From the NCBI GenBank assembly GCA_021736975.1, contig JAIPET010000004.1, forward strand, positions 2,008 through 66,007: DNA of 64,000 nt. Direction: 5' to 3'. Under the pieces are notes generated by a model, which was given only the letters and a program-made list of their open reading frames with translations, was not told the DNA's origin and ran no database searches. Made by a program: the position numbers and the translations under genes. This document shows positions 8,669-19,776 of this stretch, piece after piece. Every line of letters begins with the position of its first letter. Within the stretch, counting starts at the first letter, position 1. This stretch comes from Candidatus Woesearchaeota archaeon (lineage in GTDB: Archaea > Nanobdellota > Nanobdellia > Woesearchaeales > 21-14-0-10-32-9).

Positions 8669-9141
8669 AAAACAAACAAATAAAACTCTTAACATTATGC
8701 TTTATCCAAAAAGAAAATAAAATACTACTCGCAATGAAAAAAAGAGGATTTGGAGCAGGAAGATATAATGGATACGGAGGAAAAGTAGAAGCAAATGAAA
8801 ATATTAAAGAAGCAGCAAAAAGAGAAATGCTCGAAGAATCCACATTAAAAATAAAAAAATTAGAAAAAAAAGCAATACTAAAATTTGACTCAGAAAAATT
8901 TGAAAAAATCCAAGAAGTACACGTATTTGAAATAAAAGAATACGAAGGCGAACCAAAAGAAACAGAAGAAATGAAACCAAAATGGTTTGACATAAACAAA
9001 ATACCCTACAAAGAAATGTGGCCAGACGACGAATACTGGTTACCCAAATATTTAGAAGGAAAAAAATTCAAAGCATCATTCAAATTCGATAAAAACGACA
9101 AAGTAATAGAACACGAAATAAAAGAGGTTAAAAAACTTTGA
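8665..9141 (+). CDS. NUDIX hydrolase
   Basis: Nudix box GYGGKVEANENIKEAAKREMLEE. Start chosen at ATG 8665 (MKNKQIKLL) overlapping the tkt-N stop. The longer N-terminal extension from 8587 overlaps the tkt frame and is rejected. Confidence 0.7.
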   Translation: MKNKQIKLLTLCFIQKENKILLAMKKRGFGAGRYNGYGGKVEANENIKEAAKREMLEESTLKIKKLEKKAILKFDSEKFEKIQEVHVFEIKEYEGEPKETEEMKPKWFDINKIPYKEMWPDDEYWLPKYLEGKKFKASFKFDKNDKVIEHEIKEVKKL

Positions 9142-9148
9142 AAACAAA

Positions 9149-9634
9149 ATGAAACTCTTACTAATAATAGATATGCAAGAAGGGTTTAGATATAAAACAA
9201 ATGAAAAAATAATACCAAATATAAAAAAACTAATTAAACAATTTAAAGGAAAAATAATATTCACAAAATTTCAAAACAAAAAAAACTCCCATTTTGAAAA
9301 AATACTAAACTGGAAAAAATTTCAAAACAAAAAAGATCAAGAAGTGATGACTGAATTAAAAGAATTAGTAAAAGAAACAATAACACATACAAACTACACA
9401 GTATTAAACACAGCTTTAAAAAAATACATAAAACTACACAAAATAAATGAAATAACCATATGCGGAATATACACAGATGTATGCATAATAAAAACAACAA
9501 TGGATTTATTTGATGTAAAAATACTTGTTAAAGTTGTTGAAAATGCCACGATAACCCAATATAATAATGATCAAAATCAGACATTAAAATCAATAAGACG
9601 AATAATAGGAAAAGAAAACGTGATAAAAATATGA
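9149..9634 (+). CDS. isochorismatase-family cysteine hydrolase (nicotinamidase-like)
   Basis: LLIIDMQEGF start and ITICGIYTDVCI catalytic-Cys region typical of the isochorismatase fold. Stop overlaps tkt-C start. Confidence 0.6.
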   Translation: MKLLLIIDMQEGFRYKTNEKIIPNIKKLIKQFKGKIIFTKFQNKKNSHFEKILNWKKFQNKKDQEVMTELKELVKETITHTNYTVLNTALKKYIKLHKINEITICGIYTDVCIIKTTMDLFDVKILVKVVENATITQYNNDQNQTLKSIRRIIGKENVIKI

Positions 9635-10614
9635 AAACAAAAAAAGAACTTGAATTAAAAAGCACAAGAGAAGGATTCGGAGAAGGCGTTTTGTTAGCTG
9701 CTAATCGGAACGCCGCGGTCTGGGCATTAACTGCAGATCTAGCTGGTTCAACTGGACTAGGAGCATTTCTAAAAGCATACCCAGAAAGATTTGTAGAAGT
9801 AGGTGTAGCAGAACAAAACTTAGTAACTGTAGCATCAGGCCTTGCAGCAACTGGAAAAATACCCTTTGCAACAAGCTTTGCAGCATTTTCACCAGGAAGA
9901 AACTGGGAACAAATAAAAACAACAATATGCTATAATGATCAACCAGTAATCGTAGTGGGAAGCCATACTGGTCTAGGCGTAGGCGAAGATGGCGCAACAC
10001 ACCAAATGCTAGAAGACCTCGCGATGATGCGAGCAATACCCAATATGCAAGTAATAGTGCCATGCGACTTTGAACAAGCAAAAAAAGCAACAATTGCATT
10101 AACAAAAAATCCAAAACCAACATACCTAAGACTAACAAGACAAAAACAAGAACAAATCACAACAACAAAAACAGAATTCAAAATAGGAAAAGCACAAATA
10201 CTAAAAAAAGGAAAACACCTAACCATAATAGGAACCGGACCAATACTAAACGAAGCAAAAAACGCAGCGGCCAGCGTTCAGAACGCAGAACACGGAAATA
10301 TTTCTGTTGAAATAATAAATATTCATACAATAAAACCACTAGATACAAAAACAATACTAAAATCAATAAAAAAAACAGGAAAAGTAATAACCCTAGAAGA
10401 CCACCAAATAACAGGAGGACTAGGCTCAGCAATTTCTGAACTAATAGCAGAAAATAGCAACATTCTAAACAAAGACGGAAAACTACTTAAATTCACAAGA
10501 ATAGGAGTAAAAGATTCATTTGGAGAATCAGGAACAATAGAAGAACTTTATGAAAAACATAAAATGAATGCAAAACACATCCTCTTAGAAATTAAAAAAA
10601 TCAATAAACTATGA
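9631..10614 (+). CDS. tkt: transketolase, C-terminal (pyrimidine-binding) subunit
   Basis: VEVGVAEQNLVTVASGLA, GSHTGLGVGEDGATHQ, EDLAMMRAIPNM. Confidence 0.85.
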   Translation: MKTKKELELKSTREGFGEGVLLAANRNAAVWALTADLAGSTGLGAFLKAYPERFVEVGVAEQNLVTVASGLAATGKIPFATSFAAFSPGRNWEQIKTTICYNDQPVIVVGSHTGLGVGEDGATHQMLEDLAMMRAIPNMQVIVPCDFEQAKKATIALTKNPKPTYLRLTRQKQEQITTTKTEFKIGKAQILKKGKHLTIIGTGPILNEAKNAAASVQNAEHGNISVEIINIHTIKPLDTKTILKSIKKTGKVITLEDHQITGGLGSAISELIAENSNILNKDGKLLKFTRIGVKDSFGESGTIEELYEKHKMNAKHILLEIKKINKL

Positions 10615-11247
10615 TTTATGCTCAATAAAATGCATCGCAATATCCGCTAAAGTTTTAAGAATTAAAAACACAATAAGAGAAATACTTTCTGAAAACAAAA
10701 TACCAAACATAATAATCGCATGCATAGGAACTATTCTTAAATACGGAAAAAACATCAATCTTCCAATATTAACTTTTTTTGCAGCACGTTCATGTTCTTT
10801 AAACCGATTGTAAATATAAGAAAACAAATGATGACCAAAAAAAATAAGTATTGCTAAAAAAACAAACAAAAAATCAATCTTAGAATCAACTCCTAAACTC
10901 ATCAAATTATTAAAAACAAGACCAAAAATAAGAAAAAAAAGATAACCTATATGAAATAAACCATAATGAAACGCAAAAAATAAAGCCAAAAAAATCTTAA
11001 TACCTGCACTAGGCTTGATAGGCAAATTATTTATTTTAACATTATTTGTAGAATACTCTTTTAAATTTAACATCCTAATAAAATTAAATAAACCAATAAT
11101 AACACTTTGACCCCAATAAATAAACAAAACAGTCATCAAACTCAAAGAGTCTGAAATAATAAAATAAGTAGATATAATATTTGCCATTAAAAGAGTCCAT
11201 AAAGAAATATCTAAATACCAAAACTCGCTTTGAAAATATTTATGCAT
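10609..11247 (-). CDS. polytopic membrane protein, unknown function
   Basis: 212 aa with about 6 hydrophobic helices. Confidence 0.45.
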   Translation of the reverse strand: MHKYFQSEFWYLDISLWTLLMANIISTYFIISDSLSLMTVLFIYWGQSVIIGLFNFIRMLNLKEYSTNNVKINNLPIKPSAGIKIFLALFFAFHYGLFHIGYLFFLIFGLVFNNLMSLGVDSKIDFLFVFLAILIFFGHHLFSYIYNRFKEHERAAKKVNIGRLMFFPYLRIVPMHAIIMFGILFSESISLIVFLILKTLADIAMHFIEHKS

Positions 11248-11358
11248 AAAATTTTATATAACTAAACAATATATAAATTTATCAGTATGACACTGGCCAT
11301 TCTTTAATAACACTTTTAAACTAAAAATAAGTCTGAACCGTATAAACTACGAAAAAAA

Positions 11359-14211
11359 ATGAAAAATCTAATAATAAAAGGCGCTCGCGAACATAACTTA
11401 AAAAATATATCTGTAGAATTACCAAGAGATAAACTAATAGTAATAACAGGCCTGTCAGGATCAGGAAAAAGCAGCCTGGCATTTGACACAATATACGCAG
11501 AAGGACAAAGAAGATACGTAGAATCATTATCAGCATACGCAAGGCAATTCTTAGGACTAATGAACAAACCAGACGTAGACTCAATAGAAGGACTATCGCC
11601 AGCCATAAGCATAGAACAAAAAACAACAAGCAAAAACCCAAGAAGCACAGTTGGAACAGTCACAGAAATATATGATTACTTAAGACTACTATATGCAAGA
11701 ATAGGAATTCCACACTGCCCAGAACACAAAATAGCAATAGAATCACAAAGCCCACAAAAAATAGCGCAAATAATAAAAGACGCAAACCAAAAGAAATCAA
11801 AAAATATTTCCGGGGTTGCTGAAAATAAATCTTCCAGCAACAAAGAACAAATAACAATACTTGCACCAATAATTTCACAAAAAAAAGGAACACATGAAAA
11901 AATAATAGAAGACCTAAACAAAGAAGGATACGCAAGAGCAAGAGTAAATAAAGAAATAATAAAAACAGACACAACGCCAAAACTAGAAAGATACAAAAAA
12001 CACGACATACAAGCAGTAATAGATAGACTAAATATTTCTGATGAACAAAGACTAACAGAAGCAATAGAAGCAGCCTTAATAAAAGGCGAAGGCAACGTAA
12101 TAATACTAGATGAAAAAGAAAAAGAAACAACATACTCCTCAAGTCATGCATGCACAAAATGCGGCCTAAGCTTTCCAGAACTACAACCAAGAATGTTCTC
12201 ATTTAACAGCCCCTTTGGAGCCTGCGAAACATGCCACGGCCTAGGCATAAAAATGGAATTTGACGAAGACCTAATACTACCAAATAAAGACCTAACAATA
12301 GCAGACGGAGCAATAGCAATATACAGAAACGCAGTAGACGGCTGGAGAGGACAATACATAGCAGCAGTAGCAAAACACCACGAATTTGACATATTCACAC
12401 CAATAAAAAACCTAAGTCAAAAAAACATAGACATAATACTATATGGCTCAACACAAAAAATGAAATTTAACATGAGCATGAAAGGCGGAGAAGCGAACTG
12501 GTCAAGCCACGGAACCTGGGAAGGCATAATTCCCCAATCAGAAAGACTATACCACCAAACAGAATCAGACTACAAACGACGCGAACTAGAAAAATTCATG
12601 AAAATAACACCCTGTCAAACCTGCAAAGGAAAACGACTAAACAAAAAAACACTATCTGTCACAATCCACAACAAATCAATAATAGACATAACAAACCTAT
12701 CAATAAACAAAGCACTAGAATTCTTCACAAAAACAAAATTCACAGAAAAAGAAACAAAAATAGCAAAACAAATACTAAAAGAAATAAACGAAAGACTAAC
12801 ATTCCTAGACAAAGTAGGACTAAACTATTTAACACTATCAAGAAACGCAGGAACCCTATCAGGCGGCGAAGCACAAAGAATACGCCTTGCCACACAAATA
12901 GGATCAAACCTAATGGGCGTACTATACGTACTTGACGAACCATCAATCGGACTACACCAAAAAGACAACCAAAAACTAATAGACACACTACACAAACTTC
13001 GAGACATAGGAAACACACTAATCGTAGTAGAACACGACGAAGACACAATAAGAAAAGCAGACTACGTCCTAGACATAGGCCCAGGCGCAGGAATACACGG
13101 CGGAGAAATAACATCCAAAGGAACACCAAAACAAAGAGAAAAAGACCCAAAAAGCATAACAGGACAATACCTATCAGGAAAACTAAAAATAAAAACCCCA
13201 AAAAAAAGAAGACAACCAAAAGAATACATAACAATGCTAGGCTGTGAAGAACACAACCTAAAAAACATAAACGTAGACATACCCCTTGGAATCCTAACAG
13301 CAATCACAGGAGTATCAGGCTCGGGAAAATCAACACTAATCTATGAAACACTATACAAAGCAATGATGAAAAAACTGCACGGCTCAAAATTAAGCGTGGG
13401 AATGCACAACGAAATAAAAAACACAGAGAAAATAGACAAAGTAATCGTAATAGACCAATCACCAATAGGAAAAACACCTAGATCCAATCCTGCAACATAC
13501 ACAAAAGTATTTGACGAAATAAGAAACATATACGCAGGAACAAAAGAAGCAAAACTACGAGGATACAAACCAGGAAGATTCTCCTTTAACGTAAAAGGAG
13601 GACGATGCGAAAACTGTCAAGGAGACGGCACAATAAAAATAGAAATGAACTTTTTACCCGACGTATATATTGAATGTGAAGAGTGCAAAGGAAAAAGATA
13701 CAATAACGAAACACTAGACGTAAGATACAAAGGAAAAACAATCGCGCAAGTCCTAGAAATGAGCGTAGAAGAAGCATTAAAATTATTTGAAAATATTACG
13801 TCAATCAGAAATAAATTAGAAACATTAAATCAAGTAGGACTAGAATACATAAAACTAGGACAAGGATCCACAACACTATCAGGCGGCGAAGCGCAAAGAA
13901 TTAAACTAACAAGAGAACTAAGCAAAAAAGCAACAGGAAAAACAATGTATCTACTTGACGAACCAACAACCGGCCTGCATTTTCACGATGTAAAAAAATT
14001 AATAAAAGTACTAGACTCACTAGTAGAAAAAGGAAACTCAATGATCGTAATAGAACATAATTTAGACGTAATAAAATCGGCAGACCACATAATAGATATA
14101 GGCCCAGAAGGCGGAGACAAAGGAGGATACATCGTAGCAGAAGGAACACCAGAACAAGTTGCAAAAAATAAAAAAAGTTATACTGGAGAATTCTTAAAAA
14201 AAGTATTGTGA
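11359..14211 (+). CDS. uvrA: excinuclease ABC subunit A
   Basis: 950 aa. Two ABC modules ([14 protein letters not shown]; [10 protein letters not shown]), Zn-finger Cys pairs, LSGGEAQR signatures. Confidence 0.95.
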   Translation: MKNLIIKGAREHNLKNISVELPRDKLIVITGLSGSGKSSLAFDTIYAEGQRRYVESLSAYARQFLGLMNKPDVDSIEGLSPAISIEQKTTSKNPRSTVGTVTEIYDYLRLLYARIGIPHCPEHKIAIESQSPQKIAQIIKDANQKKSKNISGVAENKSSSNKEQITILAPIISQKKGTHEKIIEDLNKEGYARARVNKEIIKTDTTPKLERYKKHDIQAVIDRLNISDEQRLTEAIEAALIKGEGNVIILDEKEKETTYSSSHACTKCGLSFPELQPRMFSFNSPFGACETCHGLGIKMEFDEDLILPNKDLTIADGAIAIYRNAVDGWRGQYIAAVAKHHEFDIFTPIKNLSQKNIDIILYGSTQKMKFNMSMKGGEANWSSHGTWEGIIPQSERLYHQTESDYKRRELEKFMKITPCQTCKGKRLNKKTLSVTIHNKSIIDITNLSINKALEFFTKTKFTEKETKIAKQILKEINERLTFLDKVGLNYLTLSRNAGTLSGGEAQRIRLATQIGSNLMGVLYVLDEPSIGLHQKDNQKLIDTLHKLRDIGNTLIVVEHDEDTIRKADYVLDIGPGAGIHGGEITSKGTPKQREKDPKSITGQYLSGKLKIKTPKKRRQPKEYITMLGCEEHNLKNINVDIPLGILTAITGVSGSGKSTLIYETLYKAMMKKLHGSKLSVGMHNEIKNTEKIDKVIVIDQSPIGKTPRSNPATYTKVFDEIRNIYAGTKEAKLRGYKPGRFSFNVKGGRCENCQGDGTIKIEMNFLPDVYIECEECKGKRYNNETLDVRYKGKTIAQVLEMSVEEALKLFENITSIRNKLETLNQVGLEYIKLGQGSTTLSGGEAQRIKLTRELSKKATGKTMYLLDEPTTGLHFHDVKKLIKVLDSLVEKGNSMIVIEHNLDVIKSADHIIDIGPEGGDKGGYIVAEGTPEQVAKNKKSYTGEFLKKVL

Positions 14212-14215
14212 AAAA

Positions 14216-14698
14216 ATGGAAAAAGAAAAATTGTTAAAAATTATTGCAAAAGCACACAAGCACACATATGCGGCACCAACAGAAATAAGAGAAAAACATA
14301 AATGTGAAACTCCTATTTTAGACGGTCATAAAGATTATGAATTCATTGAAGAAGAATTTAGTTATCATGATTCATACGCTGGAAATTATTGGGCTCCTGG
14401 AAGAGAAGTTGTTTTTTTCCAAAAAAAACCTATTTGGTGCATGTCTTATCAAGGACAACATAATTCAAACTATGATGATGAGTTCTTTGAAAAACAAGCA
14501 TTCATATTTCTAAAAAAAGCATTAATGAATTTTGATGAAAACATGCCTTTTAGAGGACCAAAAGAATATTCTGAAGGAGACTTCAAATATACTTTTGAAA
14601 TAGAAGGAAACTATGAATATTTTAAAGGACAAGAAAAAATATTTTACAAAGGAGAAGTCGTATTTTTTCAAGACGTCATGGGAACTTTAATAAAATAA
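14216..14698 (+). CDS. small conserved hypothetical protein embedded in the uvr cluster (resembles DUF5680-type proteins)
   Basis: 160 aa. AKAHKHTYAAP...PIWCMSYQG...FRGP...YKGEVVFFQDVMG pattern. DUF5680 assignment is from memory only. Confidence 0.4.
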   Translation: MEKEKLLKIIAKAHKHTYAAPTEIREKHKCETPILDGHKDYEFIEEEFSYHDSYAGNYWAPGREVVFFQKKPIWCMSYQGQHNSNYDDEFFEKQAFIFLKKALMNFDENMPFRGPKEYSEGDFKYTFEIEGNYEYFKGQEKIFYKGEVVFFQDVMGTLIK

Positions 14699-14712
14699 AA
14701 AATACATAAAAA

Positions 14713-16311
14713 ATGATGAAACCAGATCTAACTCAAATTCCAACAAACCCAGGATGTTATATCTATAAAAATCTTGATGGTGACATAATATACGTTGGAA
14801 AAGCAAAAAATATCAAAAAACGAGTAACAAGCTACTTTACAAAAAAGCACACCGACACCAAAAATCCTGGTGCAAGTGAAAAAACTGTGCAACTCGTAAA
14901 AAGAATAAAATACGTTGAATTTGTAATAACAAACACAGAAACAGAAGCACTGCTCTTAGAAAATAACTTAATAAAAAAACATAAACCAAAATACAACATA
15001 GACTTAAAAGATTCAAAAAGATACGCATACCTCCTTTTAACAGATGAAGAATTCCCAAGAATTCTAACAGCAAGAGATAAAAAAGAAAAAGGACAATACT
15101 TCGGACCATTCACATCAGGAGAAACACGGCTACAAATAAGAGATTTTCTAATAAAAACATTTCAAATAAGAACCTGCAAGCGATTGCCAAAAAAAGAATG
15201 TTTACGCTACCACATAGGAATATGTTCAGCGCCCTGCACACACAAAATAACAAAAGAAAAATACTTAGAAGACATAGAAAAAGCAAAACAAATACTATCA
15301 GGAAAAACAAAAGAAATCATAAAACAATTAGAATCAGAAATGAAAAAATACGCATTAGAAACAAACTATGAAGCAGCAAAACATAAAAAAAATCAAATAG
15401 ACGCCCTACTATACTTAGATGAAAAACAAAACATGGAACGAAACAGAAAATACAATGAAGACATACTAAACTTTGTTATAAAACAAGACAAAGTATATTT
15501 AATGGTCTTTAATATCTACAAAGGAATACTAGAAAACAAAGAAGAATATATATTTGAAAATGAAGAAGACTTTCTAGAAAAATTCTTAATACAATACTAC
15601 GATGAGAAAGAAATACCAAAAGAAATCATATTGCCTAAAGAAATAAACGATGGAGTAAAAAAAGAATTACAAACACAAAAACTAACATTAAAAACAAACA
15701 CAAAAAAAGAAAAATTAAAATTTACTGTCCCGGAAATAGGAGAAAAAAAACAACTACTAAATCTAATACTAAAAAACATAGAAAATGCATATTTCTTAGA
15801 AGATGATACGCTTGAAGAATTACAAAAAGAACTAAAATTACATGAAACGCCAGAAATAATAGAATGCTTTGATATCTCGCACTTATCAGGAACATCAACA
15901 GTAGCGTCAATGGTGCAATTCAAAAATGCAAAAACAGACAAAAACAACTACCGACGATTCAAAATAAGAACAGTAGAAGGAATAGACGACTTTGCATCAA
16001 TAGCAGAAGTAGTAAGAAGAAGATATACAAAACTAAAAACAGATAATCTTCAAATGCCAAACCTAATCGTAATAGACGGAGGAAAAGGCCAACTAAGTGC
16101 CGCAATAAAAGAACTAGAAAAACTAAGACTAAATACACCAATAATAAGTTTAGCAAAAAGAGAAGAAGAAATATTTATGCCAGGAAACCCAAAACCAATA
16201 ATACTAAACAAAAAATCAAAATCATTAAAACTATTACAAAGAATAAGAGATGAAGCGCACAGGTTCGCAATAACATATAATAGAAACTTAAGAAAGAAAG
16301 AAATCAAATAA
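14713..16311 (+). CDS. uvrC: excinuclease ABC subunit C
   Basis: N-terminal GIY-YIG (GCYIYKNLDGDIIYVGKAKNIKKR), UvrBC-interaction and C-terminal RNaseH-like/HhH regions. Confidence 0.9.
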   Translation: MMKPDLTQIPTNPGCYIYKNLDGDIIYVGKAKNIKKRVTSYFTKKHTDTKNPGASEKTVQLVKRIKYVEFVITNTETEALLLENNLIKKHKPKYNIDLKDSKRYAYLLLTDEEFPRILTARDKKEKGQYFGPFTSGETRLQIRDFLIKTFQIRTCKRLPKKECLRYHIGICSAPCTHKITKEKYLEDIEKAKQILSGKTKEIIKQLESEMKKYALETNYEAAKHKKNQIDALLYLDEKQNMERNRKYNEDILNFVIKQDKVYLMVFNIYKGILENKEEYIFENEEDFLEKFLIQYYDEKEIPKEIILPKEINDGVKKELQTQKLTLKTNTKKEKLKFTVPEIGEKKQLLNLILKNIENAYFLEDDTLEELQKELKLHETPEIIECFDISHLSGTSTVASMVQFKNAKTDKNNYRRFKIRTVEGIDDFASIAEVVRRRYTKLKTDNLQMPNLIVIDGGKGQLSAAIKELEKLRLNTPIISLAKREEEIFMPGNPKPIILNKKSKSLKLLQRIRDEAHRFAITYNRNLRKKEIK

Positions 16312-16374
16312 GATAAACTGGAAAAACAAAAATTCAAATAAAAAACAAGTTTTTTGAGAATTTAATTTAATAAA

Positions 16375-18309
16375 ATGAAATTCAATCTAAAATCAGATTA
16401 TGAACCGAAAGGAGATCAACCAACAGCAATCAAAGAATTAGTTAGCGGAATAAAAAATAAAGACAAATATCAAACGCTCCTTGGCGTTACCGGATCTGGA
16501 AAAACATTTACAGTTGCAAACATAATTAATGAAGTTCAAAAACCAACAATTGTTCTAGCACACAATAAAACCCTAGCAGCGCAGCTTTACAACGAATTAA
16601 AAGAATTATTTCCAGAAAATAGAGTTGAATATTTTGTTTCTTATTACGATTATTACCAACCAGAAAGTTACATTCCAAGTAAAGATCAGTACATAGAAAA
16701 AGATGCGCAAATAAATGAATCATTAGAGCGAATGAGACTTGCTACAACTGCTTCACTTTCGCAACGAAAAGATGTTATTGTTGTAGCGTCAGTATCTGCT
16801 ATTTACGGCCTTGGAGATCCAAAAGATTTCGTGAAAATGGGTTTTGAAATAAAAGTAGGCGAAAAAATAGAAAGAAAAAAACTTCTTACAAAATTGATAA
16901 ATGCACAATATGAAAGAAACGATATGGAATTAATGTCGGGAAGATTCAGAGTAAAGGGCGACACAATAGATTTTGTTCCAAGCTATGGACAAAACACAAT
17001 CAGAATAGAAATGTTCGGAGACGAAATAGAGAGTATGAAAGAAATACATAAAGTAGACTCAAAAATAATTGATTCAATGAACTATTTATATGTTTACCCT
17101 GCAAAACATTTTGTTATGCCAGAATCAAAAATAAAACAAGCAATGAAATCAATACAAAAAGAACTTGATAAAAGATTGCCAGAATTAGATATTGTAGAAG
17201 CGCAAAGACTCAAACAAAGAACACTTTATGACATAGAGATGATAGAAGAAACAGGATTTTGCAAAGGAATAGAAAATTATTCTCTTCACTTTGAAAACCG
17301 CAAAAGCGGAGAACCACCATTTTGTCTACTAAATTATTTTCCAGAAAATTTCTTAATAATAATAGATGAAAGCCATCAAACATTGCCGCAATACAAAGCA
17401 ATGTATAAAGGTGATAGATCAAGAAAACAAAACCTAGTAGACTACGGATTTAGACTTCCAAGTGCACTAGATAATAGACCATTAAAATTTGAAGAATTTG
17501 AAAAAATACTAGAAAAAAATCAAACAATATTTGTATCCGCAACGCCAGCAGAATACGAAATAACAAAATCAAATAAAATAGCAGAACAAATAATAAGACC
17601 AACAGGTCTACTGGATCCAGTAGTTAATGTGCATCCAATCAGTGGACAAATTGAAGACTTGAAAAATGAAATACAACAAACAATTAAAAAAGGATTCAGA
17701 GCTTTAGTAACGACCCTAACAAAAAAATTAGCAGAAGAACTAACAGAATACTTATCAAAACAAGGAATAAAAACAAGATACTTACATTCAGATATTGAAA
17801 CGCTTGAACGAACAGAACTAATAAGACAACTAAGACTTGGCAAATTTGATGTATTGGTTGGAATAAACCTATTAAGAGAAGGACTAGATATTCCTGAAGT
17901 TGGATTTATCGGGATAATGGATGCAGATAAAGAAGGATTCTTAAGAAATACGAGAAGCCTAATACAAATAATAGGAAGAGCTGCAAGAAACTCAGAATCA
18001 CACGTAACGCTATATGCAGATAAAATGACTGATTCAATAAAACAAGCACTAAAAGAAACAAATAGAAGACGAGAAAAACAAATACGATTCAACAAAGAAC
18101 ATAATATAACTCCAAAAACAATCATAAAAAAAATAAGAGAAAAAGAAGTCGATATTAAAGACACAAAACATATTCCAAAAGGAGATATACCAAAAATGCT
18201 GATAAATATAGAAATGGATATGCGTGCAGCAGCAGATAATTTAGATTTTGAAGAAGCAATAAAATTAAGAGAAAAACTTTTAAACCTAAAAAAAAGAATA
18301 GAATTATGA
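16375..18309 (+). CDS. uvrB: excinuclease ABC subunit B
   Basis: GVTGSGKTFT Walker A, DESH helicase motifs, C-terminal UVR domain (DFEEAIKLREKL). Confidence 0.95.
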   Translation: MKFNLKSDYEPKGDQPTAIKELVSGIKNKDKYQTLLGVTGSGKTFTVANIINEVQKPTIVLAHNKTLAAQLYNELKELFPENRVEYFVSYYDYYQPESYIPSKDQYIEKDAQINESLERMRLATTASLSQRKDVIVVASVSAIYGLGDPKDFVKMGFEIKVGEKIERKKLLTKLINAQYERNDMELMSGRFRVKGDTIDFVPSYGQNTIRIEMFGDEIESMKEIHKVDSKIIDSMNYLYVYPAKHFVMPESKIKQAMKSIQKELDKRLPELDIVEAQRLKQRTLYDIEMIEETGFCKGIENYSLHFENRKSGEPPFCLLNYFPENFLIIIDESHQTLPQYKAMYKGDRSRKQNLVDYGFRLPSALDNRPLKFEEFEKILEKNQTIFVSATPAEYEITKSNKIAEQIIRPTGLLDPVVNVHPISGQIEDLKNEIQQTIKKGFRALVTTLTKKLAEELTEYLSKQGIKTRYLHSDIETLERTELIRQLRLGKFDVLVGINLLREGLDIPEVGFIGIMDADKEGFLRNTRSLIQIIGRAARNSESHVTLYADKMTDSIKQALKETNRRREKQIRFNKEHNITPKTIIKKIREKEVDIKDTKHIPKGDIPKMLINIEMDMRAAADNLDFEEAIKLREKLLNLKKRIEL

Positions 18310-19316
18310 ACAACATAATCCTAGAAAAACATTCAAACCACAAATTCTCAGAAAATATTCTTTGCTTAGATATAGGCGGAACAATAACACAAATAGGAAT
18401 AATAGGAATAAAAAACAAAGAACCCTATTTGGCATACTCAACAGACATCTGGACGAATGAAATAAAAAACATTTATTCATTCACAGAACAAATAATAACT
18501 TTTGTAAAAAAAGAATTACAAATAACAATAAAAAAAACAGCAATCGCAATAGCAGGACCAATAAACAAAGACAAAACAAAAGCACACCAAACAAATAACA
18601 ACATAAAAATAAACATAAAAGAACTAAAAAAGAAACAAAAGCAAGAAAAAACAATACTACTAAATGACTTTGAAGCACTCGGATACAGCATAAACTTAAT
18701 ACACAAACAAAAAAACCAAAAACCGATAGCACTAATAGGAACAGGAACGGGCCTTGGCAAAACACTGCTAATACATAACGGAAAATATTACGAACCAATG
18801 CCAAGCGAAGGATGCTTTGCAGACTTTCCAATAACAAACAAAGAAGAAATAGAACTAGCAAAACAAATAACAAAAGGAAAAAGAAACTTACAACAAGAAG
18901 ACATACTAAGCGGACGAGGAATAGCACACATATACGACTTTTTAAGATCACAAAAAAAAATAAAAGAATCAGAATTCACAAAAAAAATAGATGAATCAAA
19001 AGACAAAATCTACGAAATAGTAAAACACAAAAGACACGACAAAACATGCATAGAAACATACAAAGAATTCTCAAAATATTTAGCAAGAATCGTAAAAAAC
19101 TACGCACTTGAAACACTACCCTACGACGGAATATACCTAGGAGGTGGAATCATAACAAGAAACCCCGAAACAATAGGAAAAGAATTCTTCAAAGAACTAA
19201 ACAACCTAGATAAAAACCAAAAAGAAATAATAAAAGGCATACCCATAAACGTATTACCACAAAAAGAAGCAAGCCTACTAGGGTTAGCGTTTGCAATGAT
19301 ACATACAAACTTATGA
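18306..19316 (+). CDS. glucokinase/ROK-like sugar kinase
   Basis: LCLDIGGT phosphate-1 motif and IGTGTGLG motif of the glucokinase family. Start overlaps the uvrB stop. Confidence 0.55.
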   Translation: MNNIILEKHSNHKFSENILCLDIGGTITQIGIIGIKNKEPYLAYSTDIWTNEIKNIYSFTEQIITFVKKELQITIKKTAIAIAGPINKDKTKAHQTNNNIKINIKELKKKQKQEKTILLNDFEALGYSINLIHKQKNQKPIALIGTGTGLGKTLLIHNGKYYEPMPSEGCFADFPITNKEEIELAKQITKGKRNLQQEDILSGRGIAHIYDFLRSQKKIKESEFTKKIDESKDKIYEIVKHKRHDKTCIETYKEFSKYLARIVKNYALETLPYDGIYLGGGIITRNPETIGKEFFKELNNLDKNQKEIIKGIPINVLPQKEASLLGLAFAMIHTNL

Positions 19317-19574
19317 TTTTTTATAAACTCTGTTTCTCTTATCTATTTTTGCAATTGCAACAAAATTAAGTTCATACAATATTGTGTAAATAACTCTATA
19401 TTTGCCTATTCTAATCCTAAAAAAAGAACCTTTTTTTCCAACAAGTCTTTTTGCATCAGACGGAATAGGATCATATATCAATTTATCACAAGCAGAAAAT
19501 AACATTTTTCTATCTATTGAATTTATTTTTTTCATAGATTTTTTAGCAACAGAGTAAAATTCAATTTTTAGCAT
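19311..19574 (-). CDS. RelE/ParE-family toxin
   Basis: MLKIEFYSVAKKSMKKI ... RIGKYRVIYTILYELNFVAIAKIDKRNRVY. Start placed at MLKIEF; the ORF track extends to 19601. Confidence 0.6.
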   Translation of the reverse strand: MLKIEFYSVAKKSMKKINSIDRKMLFSACDKLIYDPIPSDAKRLVGKKGSFFRIRIGKYRVIYTILYELNFVAIAKIDKRNRVYKKS

Positions 19575-19776
19575 TCTGCAGCTCCTGCCGCAAATCTTCA
19601 AGCGAAGTCGTTTTACCCTCTTTGACTTCTTTTAAGACTTCTTCATATAGATTTTCTTCTTCCGGAGTCATTTTTTCATCCAACATCTCTTTTTCTAAGA
19701 TGCTAACTCTTTTTTTAATATTTTCAAGCTCCTTAATTACGTCTTCATTTCTCATAATACTTAGATTTGCAACCAT
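19561..19776 (-). CDS. putative antitoxin (small helical protein upstream of the RelE-like toxin)
   Basis: 71 aa, overlaps the toxin start by about 14 nt. Near-palindromic CCATAAATATATATTTTATGG (TATA region) immediately upstream at 19786-19806. Confidence 0.5.
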   Translation of the reverse strand: MVANLSIMRNEDVIKELENIKKRVSILEKEMLDEKMTPEEENLYEEVLKEVKEGKTTSLEDLRQELQNAKN

